DNA of 64,000 nucleotides from an uncultured Acidobacteriaceae bacterium (GCA_964542805.1 CAZIWR010000001.1:2600-66599), one strand, 5' to 3'. Shown: positions 46,569 through 54,301, numbered from the stretch's first letter. Program-made: numbers and translations. The notes: a model not told the origin generated them from the sequence alone.

Positions 46569-47372
46569 ATGTCCTCTCACGCCCAGCACGAATACTCCGA
46601 CGTCTTTGCCGAGTTCTACGACCACACGCCGCTCTATCGCACGCGTCCGGACATCGCTTTCTACGTCGAAGAAGCCCGCCGCGCCGGCTCCGTCCTCGAG
46701 CTGGGCTGCGGCAGCGGCCGCATTTTGATTCCGACGGCCGCGGCCGGCGTGCCCATCACCGGCCTCGACCTTTCCGATTCCATGCTCGCGCGCTGCCGCG
46801 AAAAGCTCGCCGCGCAGCCCGCCGAGGTGCGCGCTCGCGTGCGCCTCGTCCATGGCAGCATGACGGATTTCGATCTCCCGGAAAAATTCGCGCTCGTCAC
46901 CACGCCCTTCCGCGCGTTCCAACACCTCATTTCCATCGACGACCAGCTCGCCTGCCTGCGCTGCGTGCACCGCCATCTCGCCCCCGGCGGACGGCTGATC
47001 CTCGACATGTTTCAAGTGAACGCCGCGGGACTGGGCGATCCGGAATGGATGCGCGAGCGCGAAGACACGCCCGAAACCAAACTTCCCGACGGTCGCAGCT
47101 TCCGCCGCACCGCGCGCATTGCCGCCTTCCATCGCGCCGAGCAGGTCAACGACATCGAGTTCGCCGTGTACCTCACGCACCCCGACGGCCGCACCGAGCG
47201 CCACACGCAGACCTTTCCGATGCGCTATTTTTTCCCCAAGGAAGTCGAGCATCTGCTGGCCCGCTCCGGCTTCCGCGTGGTCACCGTCTACGGCGATTTC
47301 AACCGCTCGCCGCTGGCCAACGATTCGCCTGACATGCTCACCATTGCCGAGAAATCCGATGAGCGCGGATGA
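46569..47372 (+). CDS. Class I SAM-dependent methyltransferase (first gene of the RiPP-like cassette)
   Basis: Track ORF 46224..47372 trimmed to the ATG at 46569 (MSSHAQHEYSDVFAEFYD). VLELGCGSGR (motif I) and LAPGGRLILD. The 3' end overlaps the next gene by 14 nt. Confidence 0.8.
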   Translation: MSSHAQHEYSDVFAEFYDHTPLYRTRPDIAFYVEEARRAGSVLELGCGSGRILIPTAAAGVPITGLDLSDSMLARCREKLAAQPAEVRARVRLVHGSMTDFDLPEKFALVTTPFRAFQHLISIDDQLACLRCVHRHLAPGGRLILDMFQVNAAGLGDPEWMREREDTPETKLPDGRSFRRTARIAAFHRAEQVNDIEFAVYLTHPDGRTERHTQTFPMRYFFPKEVEHLLARSGFRVVTVYGDFNRSPLANDSPDMLTIAEKSDERG

Positions 47373-48477
47373 CGCGCGTTCTCTCCGGCAGTTGCTTGCG
47401 CTCTGCATCCGCCCCGCCGAGTGCGAGCTCCCTGCCGGCGACGCCGAATGGAACGCGCTTCTTCCGCTTGCTCTCGCTCACGGAGTCGGCCCGCTGCTCT
47501 TCGCCAATCTGCGCGAGCGCGTTCTCCCTGTCCAAGCCCGCGACCAGTTACGCCACGTCTACCTTTCCAATTCCTTCCGCAACGAAAAACTTCTCGCCGA
47601 GCAGCAGCGCATTCTCGACGCTTTCTCCAAAAAATCCCTTGCCGTCTGGCCGCTGAAGGGACCGCATCTTTCACAAACACTCTATGGCGACCCTGCCGCT
47701 CGTCAGGTCGCCGATTTGGATCTCCTCATCCGTCCTGAAATCCTCGCCGCTTGCGATGAGCTTCTCCATTCCTTCGGCTACACGCGCCAGGCGCAAGGCG
47801 ACATCGCCACCCTGCGCGACGCCGGCGAACTTATCTATCTTCGCTCCGCCCCGGACGTTGCTGGCTCGATGAACTATGCGGTGGATCTCCAGCAGCGCGT
47901 GCTGCCCTATGGCCGCCGCGACCCGCTCGCCGACCGCATACGTACGCACGGCCTCACGCCGGAAAATCTTCTTCTACTTCTTTGCGTCAACCAGATTGCT
48001 CACCGCTTCTCGCGCCTCAAATATCTCCTTGACGTCGCCGCCTGTCTTCGCGCGCTCCCCGCAAATTTCGATTGGAACGATTTCACCGCCACTGCGCAGC
48101 TTCTTCACTTCACTCCCGGCATCTACTGGAGCCTCTATTGGGCTCGCGACGCTGCCGGTGCGCCGGTGCCCGAGCTTGTGCTGGAAGAATTGCGCCCAGG
48201 CTGGTCTTCGCGCAGGCTGGCATCGCGCGTGCTGGGCGGCGATCCACTTGCCCTGCTCGCACGCGGCGCTTCGCTCGACGGCCCTGCAGGCGCTTGGGCC
48301 ATCCTAGCCTGCTCGCGTCCTGGCCTCCCGCGCCTCGGACAGTTCTGGCGGCTGCTGTTTCCTCCCCGCGCCACTCTTCGCCAGGAATTCTTCGACGCTC
48401 CCGGACGCTCCATCCTTTATCTCTATTTCGTCCGCCTCGCCCGCAAACTCCCCGCCGCACTGCGCCGCCATTCGTAG
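47359..48477 (+). CDS. PF14907-like 'uncharacterised nucleotidyltransferase' family protein
   Basis: Track ORF 47119..48477 trimmed to the ATG at 47359 (MSADDARSLRQLL). AVWPLKGPHLSQTLYGDPAARQVADLDLLIRPEILAACDELLHSFGY matches my memory of the NTP_transf_5 core (LKG...Y...R...D-D-L). Confidence 0.75.
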   Translation: MSADDARSLRQLLALCIRPAECELPAGDAEWNALLPLALAHGVGPLLFANLRERVLPVQARDQLRHVYLSNSFRNEKLLAEQQRILDAFSKKSLAVWPLKGPHLSQTLYGDPAARQVADLDLLIRPEILAACDELLHSFGYTRQAQGDIATLRDAGELIYLRSAPDVAGSMNYAVDLQQRVLPYGRRDPLADRIRTHGLTPENLLLLLCVNQIAHRFSRLKYLLDVAACLRALPANFDWNDFTATAQLLHFTPGIYWSLYWARDAAGAPVPELVLEELRPGWSSRRLASRVLGGDPLALLARGASLDGPAGAWAILACSRPGLPRLGQFWRLLFPPRATLRQEFFDAPGRSILYLYFVRLARKLPAALRRHS

Positions 48478-48601
48478 AGGCGAACGGAATACTCTCGCGG
48501 GTGACCATGCCCCCTTTCCCTATTCCGGAAATATACGGTTTTAAACCCTAAATTGTAGTTATTAGAGGGTGTAGATTTGGTACCCGGAACTCTGTCATTT
48601 A

Positions 48602-48631
48602 TTGACAGACATGAGCTTAGGCACGTAAAGT
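48602..48631 (+). promoter_or_regulatory. Sigma70-like promoter candidate (TTGACA-N18-TAAAGT) upstream of the kinase/PqqD/radical-SAM/peptide genes
   Basis: A perfect -35 hexamer at 48602-48607 and TAAAGT at 48626-48631, inside the only conspicuously AT-richer gap of this block (48478-48732). The -35 is embedded in the palindrome CTGTCA-TTTAT-TGACAG (48592-48608). Confidence 0.4.
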
Positions 48632-48732
48632 CGCATCACCCGAATTTTGGGTCGGCGCACAATCTTCCTCTCGCGGACCGTTTTGGTTCGCTGGCGCCTG
48701 CCCAGTCTGGGATTCGAGGAGGCCTTACCGGG

Positions 48733-49494
48733 GTGGCTCACGCCCCTCAGAGCACGCCGCTGTCTGTGTCCATCGGCCGCGTTCCCCTGACGCTATTCTT
48801 TCGTGAAGCCGCACTCCAGCAAAAGGCCGCCGCGCGCTATTCCGCCTTCCACAATTCTTCGGAAAACGGCTTCCCCGTTTACCTCGAACCGGATAAGAAT
48901 TTTCATCCCGGCACGGGTTTCGATTTTTCCCTCCACGGCGCCACGCTGCGCCTGGACTCCGCCGCCGCGCGCATCTCCGGCATTCAGTCCGACTACACGG
49001 TGGATTCGCTCCTGCGCGTGCTGCTCTCCATGATCTTGCTGCCGCATCGCGGCTTCCTGCTGCATGCGGCCACTATCGAGCGCCACGGCCGGGCCCACAT
49101 CTTCATGGGCCGCTCGGGCGCGGGCAAAAGCACCGTCGCCGGACTGGCGCCTGCCGGCACGCCACTTACTGACGAAATCTCTCTGCTGCGCGGCGACGCC
49201 GATGGCTGGCGCGCGCACGGCACGCCTTTTTGGGGCGAGTTTCGCGCCGGCGACCGCAATTGTCACATGCCTGTCGCGGGTATTTACGCGCTGATGCAGG
49301 CTGAAGAAAACCGCCTGGAAAAGATTGCGCCGCGCGAAGCCCTGCGCGGGCTGCTCGAAAATGTTCTGTTCTTCTCCGATGACCGTGCCTCGCGCGAACA
49401 GCTGTTGAGTATCGTCTCGGCCTGTGCCGAAGCGCTGCCCTTCTTTCGCCTTCACTTCAAGCGCGACTCCAGCTTCTGGGAGGTGCTCCCGTGA
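48733..49494 (+). CDS. HPr-kinase-like (HprK C-terminal domain-like) P-loop kinase
   Basis: FLLHAATIERHGRAHIFMGRSGAGKSTVAG is the HprK-like H-A-(A/S)...G.SG.GKS P-loop. I chose the GTG at 48733, preceded by GAGGAGG 10 nt upstream. The track start at 48577 (TTG) is an alternative. Confidence 0.7.
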   Translation: MAHAPQSTPLSVSIGRVPLTLFFREAALQQKAAARYSAFHNSSENGFPVYLEPDKNFHPGTGFDFSLHGATLRLDSAAARISGIQSDYTVDSLLRVLLSMILLPHRGFLLHAATIERHGRAHIFMGRSGAGKSTVAGLAPAGTPLTDEISLLRGDADGWRAHGTPFWGEFRAGDRNCHMPVAGIYALMQAEENRLEKIAPREALRGLLENVLFFSDDRASREQLLSIVSACAEALPFFRLHFKRDSSFWEVLP

Positions 49495-49811
49495 GCGCCC
49501 CGCAGCCGGCACTCGCCTCCGTTCGCCCGGCGCAGAATCCGCTGGCCGCCTGGCGTGAAATTGACGGCGTGGTGGTGGTGATTTCGCCCGAGGATAGCGT
49601 GCTGCACGAGCTCAACCCCACGGCCGGATTCATCTGGAAGCACTCCACCGGCGAGCGCACCGCCGAAGAAATCGCCCGGCTCCTCGTGGACGAATTCGAA
49701 GTAGACGCCGCCACGGCGCTGGCCGACACGCGCGAGCTCATCGCCGAGCTGGCTGCCAAAAAGCTTCTGCATACGGAAGCCGCTGCTGCCGCGGAGGTGT
49801 CCCGTGGCTAG
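49491..49811 (+). CDS. PqqD-family peptide chaperone (RiPP recognition element-like)
   Basis: 106 aa, GTGA overlap with the kinase. WREIDGVVVVISPEDSVLHELNPTAGFIWKHSTGERTAEEIARLLVDEFEVD is the classic PqqD/RRE pattern. Confidence 0.8.
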   Translation: MSAPQPALASVRPAQNPLAAWREIDGVVVVISPEDSVLHELNPTAGFIWKHSTGERTAEEIARLLVDEFEVDAATALADTRELIAELAAKKLLHTEAAAAAEVSRG

Positions 49812-50961
49812 CGCGGCCGTGATGGACCGTCTGGTGGCGCGTTCGCTGGCGCGCAACGCCCCGCTCAACGTGCATTTCGACGTCACCTACCGCTGCAACG
49901 AGCGCTGCGTGCACTGCTATCTAGACCATGCCGACCACGGCGAGATGACCACCGCGGAAATCAAGCGCGTGCTCGCCGAGCTGGCCGACGCCGGCACGCT
50001 CTTCCTGACCTTCTCCGGCGGCGAGATTTTTCTGCGCCCCGACTTCTTCGACCTGCTGGCCTACGCCCGCCAACTGCGCTTCGACGTCACCCTGAAGACC
50101 AACGCCCTGCTTATCACCGAGGAGCGCGCCGCGCAGCTCCGCCGCCTGGGCGTGCGCCGCATTCAGATCAGCTTGTACAGCGCGGACGCCGCCATCCACG
50201 ATTGCATCACCAAGGTGCCCGGCTCCTTCGCGCGCACTCTCGAGGCGCTGCGCTTCTGCCATGCGCAGGGACTGCTGGTCAAAATCTCCTGCCCGCTCAT
50301 GAAGCAGAACATCGCCGTCTGGCGCGAAGTGCAAGCGCTGGCTGATTCGCTCGGTGTCACTTTCATTATGGACCCCACCATCACGCCCATGATGGACGGC
50401 AATCGCAGCACGTTGGACATGCGCCTGGCTCCCAGCGAGTTGCTGCCCGTGATGCAGGCCCCGGTCTTTGACACGCCCGCGCCGGCGCCCGCCAAAGCCG
50501 GGGGCGCAGAAATGGCCGCGGCCTTCGACAACATCCCATGCAGCGCCGGGCACAACAGCCTCTACATTTCGCCCTACGGAGATATTTATCCCTGCGTGCA
50601 AATGCCGCTGCCCACCGGCAACCTGCGCGAAAAATCCTTCTCCGATATCTGGTACAGTTCGCCAAAAATGCTGCGCGTCCGCAACGTCAGGGAAAGCGAC
50701 CTGGCCACCTGCAATGACTGTGACATCCGCCATCACTGCCAGCGTTGCCCGGGCCTCGCCTTCATGGAAGACGGCGATCTCGGCGGTCCTTCCGAGCGCG
50801 CGTGTGAGTTGGCGGAAGCCGCCGCGCGCCTGGCCGGCGTTCGAAATCCCGTGAGCGGCCTGCGCGCCCTCGGCCGCCTGCACGCCACATCGAATTCCCA
50901 TCCCGCTCAGCTCGTTCACATCGCTGCGCTGAGCACTTCACAGGAGCGAGATGCCCTATGA
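49804..50961 (+). CDS. Radical SAM enzyme with full C-terminal SPASM domain (peptide-modifying maturase type)
   Basis: CNERCVHC (CxxxCxxC) and FSGGE. SPASM cysteines: CSAGHNSLYISPYGDIYPC (Gx4C), CNDCDIRHHCQRC, and a further C in ERAC. The GTG start is preceded by GGAGG at 49793-49797, and it overlaps the PqqD gene by 8 nt. Confidence 0.9.
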   Translation: MASAAVMDRLVARSLARNAPLNVHFDVTYRCNERCVHCYLDHADHGEMTTAEIKRVLAELADAGTLFLTFSGGEIFLRPDFFDLLAYARQLRFDVTLKTNALLITEERAAQLRRLGVRRIQISLYSADAAIHDCITKVPGSFARTLEALRFCHAQGLLVKISCPLMKQNIAVWREVQALADSLGVTFIMDPTITPMMDGNRSTLDMRLAPSELLPVMQAPVFDTPAPAPAKAGGAEMAAAFDNIPCSAGHNSLYISPYGDIYPCVQMPLPTGNLREKSFSDIWYSSPKMLRVRNVRESDLATCNDCDIRHHCQRCPGLAFMEDGDLGGPSERACELAEAAARLAGVRNPVSGLRALGRLHATSNSHPAQLVHIAALSTSQERDAL

Positions 50962-51125
50962 GCACAAACAAGCAGAACGCCACGACCGCGGCCGGCACTT
51001 CCCAGCGGAAGCCTTACGTCAAACCGCAGTGCCTCTCGGAGAAGATTTTTGAGACCACCGCGCTCGCCTGCGGCAAGCTGCCCGCCGGCGGCGGTCTGTG
51101 TGCCGGGGCGCCCAAAGCTTCTTAG
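50958..51125 (+). CDS. Candidate RiPP precursor peptide, 55 aa, unannotated (below the ORF-track size cutoff)
   Basis: ATG at 50958 overlaps the radical-SAM stop (ATGA). AGGAG lies at 50942-50946. My translation is MSTNKQNATTAAGTSQRKPYVKPQCLSEKIFETTALACGKLPAGGGLCAGAPKAS, with TAG at 51123-51125. By my count about 43 of 54 codons end in G/C, like the neighbouring genes. It has three Cys, a Gly-rich C-terminal part and a C-terminal Ser. Confidence 0.55.
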   Translation: MSTNKQNATTAAGTSQRKPYVKPQCLSEKIFETTALACGKLPAGGGLCAGAPKAS

Positions 51126-51215
51126 TAGGTGAGACGGGGGGCGTGCCGTCTGCTGTCAGGCAAACAGCGCCGGCCCGCAACCAGATTGCGTATGCACGAG
51201 TTTTGCGGAGGAGCC

Positions 51216-51797
51216 ATGAAACGACACATGAAAGTCCTGGGCGGCGCAATTCTTCTGACGGGCGCACTGCTGGCTCTGGCAGCGCCCGCCGTCGCGCAGA
51301 ATCGCCGGCCTGAGGGCCGCGGGCGCACGGATGCGGATGGCAAGAAGGTGAAGCCGCTCAAGCCGACGGTGAATGCTGTCACCGAGGTTTTCTTTTGTGA
51401 GAGCCCCACCACGGAGTGCCGCTCCACCAACACCACGTTCACCGTTGGCAAGCTCCGCGACATCTTTGTGTTTGTCACCTGGCCCAACGTCTCCGGAGAC
51501 TTGGTGCAGACCGTGGAGTTCTTCCTGCCCGACGGCAGCCTCTACGTCAAGAAGGCTACGCCGTTCCGCGCCAGTACGGCGCAGCCCCGCGCACGCGCCG
51601 TCCTAGGGGCCTCTCCTGTGGTCGACGCGTTCCTGACTTCCAGCCGCGGCACTCCCACGGTGATTACTCCGCTCGCTGTGGCCGGCACCTACATTACCCA
51701 GCGCAGCCTGCTGGGTACCTGGACGGTGCGTGTCCGGCTCGGCGACAAACCCGTACAGAGCGCGCAGTTCACGTTGAAAGCGCCCGACCAGAAGTAA
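51216..51797 (+). CDS. Secreted hypothetical protein (Ig-like/beta-sandwich character)
   Basis: Track ORF 51129..51797 trimmed to the ATG at 51216, preceded by GGAGGAG. Signal peptide MKRHMKVLGGAILLTGALLALAAPAVAQ. No recognisable catalytic motif. Confidence 0.55.
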   Translation: MKRHMKVLGGAILLTGALLALAAPAVAQNRRPEGRGRTDADGKKVKPLKPTVNAVTEVFFCESPTTECRSTNTTFTVGKLRDIFVFVTWPNVSGDLVQTVEFFLPDGSLYVKKATPFRASTAQPRARAVLGASPVVDAFLTSSRGTPTVITPLAVAGTYITQRSLLGTWTVRVRLGDKPVQSAQFTLKAPDQK

Positions 51798-51902
51798 CGC
51801 TTTCGCGACGCCCAAGCAGCTTACTGATTGGCCAACTCACCGCAATGCTGTAGAACAGATTGCGATGTGTTTTGAGGGTGGGCAGTTTCTAGGAGGGCTC
51901 GT

Positions 51903-54161
51903 ATGAGTGCGTTCCATCGAATTCGATGCATCGTATCCCTGGTGCTGGTGGCTTTGCTCGCGTTACCGGCGCCGCCGCTCCGCGCGGACGAGGTCACCAC
52001 TCTTACCGCTTCCGCGGATTCCTTTCTGCGACAAAATGCCGCCACCACCAATTCCGGAGCACTGACCACGTTCAACGTGTCATCCACCGCAGCAGGCACA
52101 GCAAGGGAACGCGGCATTGTGCAATTTGACCTGTCTTCCATCGTCTCCACCGCGGCCGTGAAAACCTCCTTCGTGAAACTCTTTTTATTGACTGCCCCCA
52201 ACCCCGCCCGTTCCAATAGAATCCATCGCGTGACCGCTGCCGGGGCCTGGGTTGAGAGCCAGGTGACTTGGAACAACCGAGCGACCGCAACTGCATGGAC
52301 AGCCGCCGGCGGCGATTTCAATGCGACCGCCGCCAATACCCAGAGCACTGGCACCACCAACAACGTCACCATCACCTACACTCTGCTCGGCGATGGCACC
52401 GTCGCCAACATCCCCCAGGGTTGGGTCGATGGCTCCCTTACCAATCGGGGACTCATGGTCCTCGACTCGAACGAGACCTTTCAGAACAAAACATCTACGT
52501 ACGCCTCCAAAGAAAACGCCACCGTCGCCAATCGCCCGAAGGTCGAGGTTCATTTTCTTCGCGACGTTACCGTCGGCTCGGTTACCCCGGGCGTTTCCGA
52601 AGTCACTCTGAATTTCACTTTTCCGGCCGGTGCCACGGGCGCCAACTATGATGGCGCCCTGATAGCCAGAAAGCCCGGCGCGACCGCTCCCACGTTCGCT
52701 CCCGTCGACGGCACTACCTACATCTTCGGCAGCCAGCCCGTCCTCGGCGAAACGATCGCCTCCAACGCCGCCAACTTCGCCGCCTCACCCGCCACCGTCA
52801 CCGTCACCGATGAGAACGGCTCTGACAATGTCATCACTCCGTCCACCCAATACAGCTACAAGATCTACACTCGCGACAACAACTTCATCACCGGCGCCGC
52901 GGTTGTTGCTCCTCCACATTTCTCTTTGGGCAGTGCCGCCACCTCCACGGTGACCACCTCCGCCTCAGGCGGCGCCAACAAGAATTGGAGCTACAAAACC
53001 TCCAGTACCATTCTCGCGCCCCCCGGTCTCGATCCCGGCAACAAAGTCGTAGCTGGCTCGGATGACTTCGATGTTCACAGCATGAATGCCGTAACCGGCG
53101 CGCGCAATTACCAGCCCTCCAGCCCCATCGGCACCACCGGCGACATGATTCAGACCCGTCCCGCAGTGATTTCCTCGGCGGACAGCACGCTTGCCGTTGA
53201 CGTCACCTATGTTGGCTCCAACGATGGTCGCGTCTATGCGTTCAATGCCAACACCGGGGTGCTGATTTGGGTCACTCCTGCGCCCGGTTCCCCCGGCGCT
53301 CTGGTTGCTGTGGGCGGCATCATTCAGGGCGGCATCGCCTTGCAGCTCAAGAGTTTTGCCAACGGCGGCTTCACTCCCACCACGGATCTGGTCTTCGTCG
53401 GCACCCGTGAGTTCTCCACCACTGCCAACAGCGTGTACGCCCTGAACGCGAATACTGGCGCGATCGTCTGGACCTTTACCCCTGGCAACATGGACCATGT
53501 CAATTCCACTCCTGTCGTGGACTACGCTAACAACACCATTTGGGTCTCCACTCTTTCCAACCTCGGTGGCCAGCCAAGCCTCTGGAAAATCGACAGCGTG
53601 ACCGGCGCGGGCATCTCCAATTTCAGCCTCGGCGACATCAGCGGCTCTCCCACGCTGAATTTCGACAACAAGGTCGTTTACGCCGTCACCGATTCAGGCG
53701 ACCTCGTTGCCGTGCGCAACGACATCGCCTCCTGCGTCAACACGTTCTCCTTTGGCGCCACCTCCGGCACCGGCTTCCCCATTCCCATCGGCACTGGACT
53801 TCTCCGCAACGAAAACATTTTCTTCACCACCACCACCGCCGGCGCCAGCACCATTCGCAAGGTCAACTTCATTTACAACCTCACCTGCGGGGGCGAAACC
53901 ATCGGCGCTGCCGGCGGTTACACCAACCCCTCCGGCATCGGCACCATCTCCGGCCCCATGTTTAATCCCTTTACCAGTTTCATTTACGTCGGCTCCTCCG
54001 ACGGCAACCTGTACAAGATTGACCCGGCCGCCGGCACCGTCCTCGCCAGCCGCACCGTCAATGCCGGCGTGGTCATCGGCGAGCCCAGCTTCGACGTCTA
54101 TCTCCTCAAGCTCTACGTCGGCGACACCCAGGGCCGCATCTATTCCTTCGACGTCTTCTAA
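51903..54161 (+). CDS. Large secreted protein: N-terminal DNRLRE/CBM-like domain, FN3-like segment, C-terminal PQQ-like (BamB-type) beta-propeller
   Basis: Signal peptide IVSLVLVALLALPAPPLRA. The N-terminal LRQNAATTNSGA...GIVQFDLSSI...VTWNNR pattern is like DNRLRE domains. C-terminal repeats GRVYAFNANTGVLIW, NSVYALNANTGAIVW, GDLVAV, GNLYKIDPAAGTV and GRIYSFD are PQQ-like propeller blades. Confidence 0.6.
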   Translation: MSAFHRIRCIVSLVLVALLALPAPPLRADEVTTLTASADSFLRQNAATTNSGALTTFNVSSTAAGTARERGIVQFDLSSIVSTAAVKTSFVKLFLLTAPNPARSNRIHRVTAAGAWVESQVTWNNRATATAWTAAGGDFNATAANTQSTGTTNNVTITYTLLGDGTVANIPQGWVDGSLTNRGLMVLDSNETFQNKTSTYASKENATVANRPKVEVHFLRDVTVGSVTPGVSEVTLNFTFPAGATGANYDGALIARKPGATAPTFAPVDGTTYIFGSQPVLGETIASNAANFAASPATVTVTDENGSDNVITPSTQYSYKIYTRDNNFITGAAVVAPPHFSLGSAATSTVTTSASGGANKNWSYKTSSTILAPPGLDPGNKVVAGSDDFDVHSMNAVTGARNYQPSSPIGTTGDMIQTRPAVISSADSTLAVDVTYVGSNDGRVYAFNANTGVLIWVTPAPGSPGALVAVGGIIQGGIALQLKSFANGGFTPTTDLVFVGTREFSTTANSVYALNANTGAIVWTFTPGNMDHVNSTPVVDYANNTIWVSTLSNLGGQPSLWKIDSVTGAGISNFSLGDISGSPTLNFDNKVVYAVTDSGDLVAVRNDIASCVNTFSFGATSGTGFPIPIGTGLLRNENIFFTTTTAGASTIRKVNFIYNLTCGGETIGAAGGYTNPSGIGTISGPMFNPFTSFIYVGSSDGNLYKIDPAAGTVLASRTVNAGVVIGEPSFDVYLLKLYVGDTQGRIYSFDVF

Positions 54162-54244
54162 TCCTCATCGTACTGGTCTTCGCCTTTTTGCTTCGTAGGA
54201 GCGCATGGTCCCGATTCAGAGGATGTGTGGATCGACGAATTTCG

Positions 54245-54276
54245 CTGTCACTCTGCAACTCTGTCACTCTGCAACT
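54245..54276. repeat. Perfect 16-bp tandem direct repeat (CTGTCACTCTGCAACT x2)
   Basis: Positions 54245-54260 and 54261-54276 are identical. It lies 56 nt upstream of the S24/S26 peptidase ATG. Confidence 0.85.
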
Positions 54277-54301
54277 TTCTATCCGCGCGCATCTATGCTT
54301 T

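Noticed and set aside
48507-48551. 14-codon mini-ORF (MPPFPIPEIYGFKP) in the cassette's internal gap, considered as an alternative precursor
   Set aside because: It has no Shine-Dalgarno-like site and no Cys/Ser/Thr-rich core. It is simply the tail of a shadow ORF (48072..48551), and I have no evidence for it.
50951-51052. Alternative 33-codon ORF (MPYEHKQAERHDRGRHF...) overlapping the candidate precursor in another frame
   Set aside because: The third codon positions are roughly half A/T, unlike local genes. It has no Cys or core-like features, so the 50958 frame is preferred.
51132-51151. Hairpin AGACGG-N8-CCGTCT immediately after the candidate peptide stop, considered as an attenuator or terminator
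   Set aside because: The stem is only 6 bp, the loop is G-rich and no T-run follows. That is too weak to call. It is noted only as a possible processing or attenuation site.
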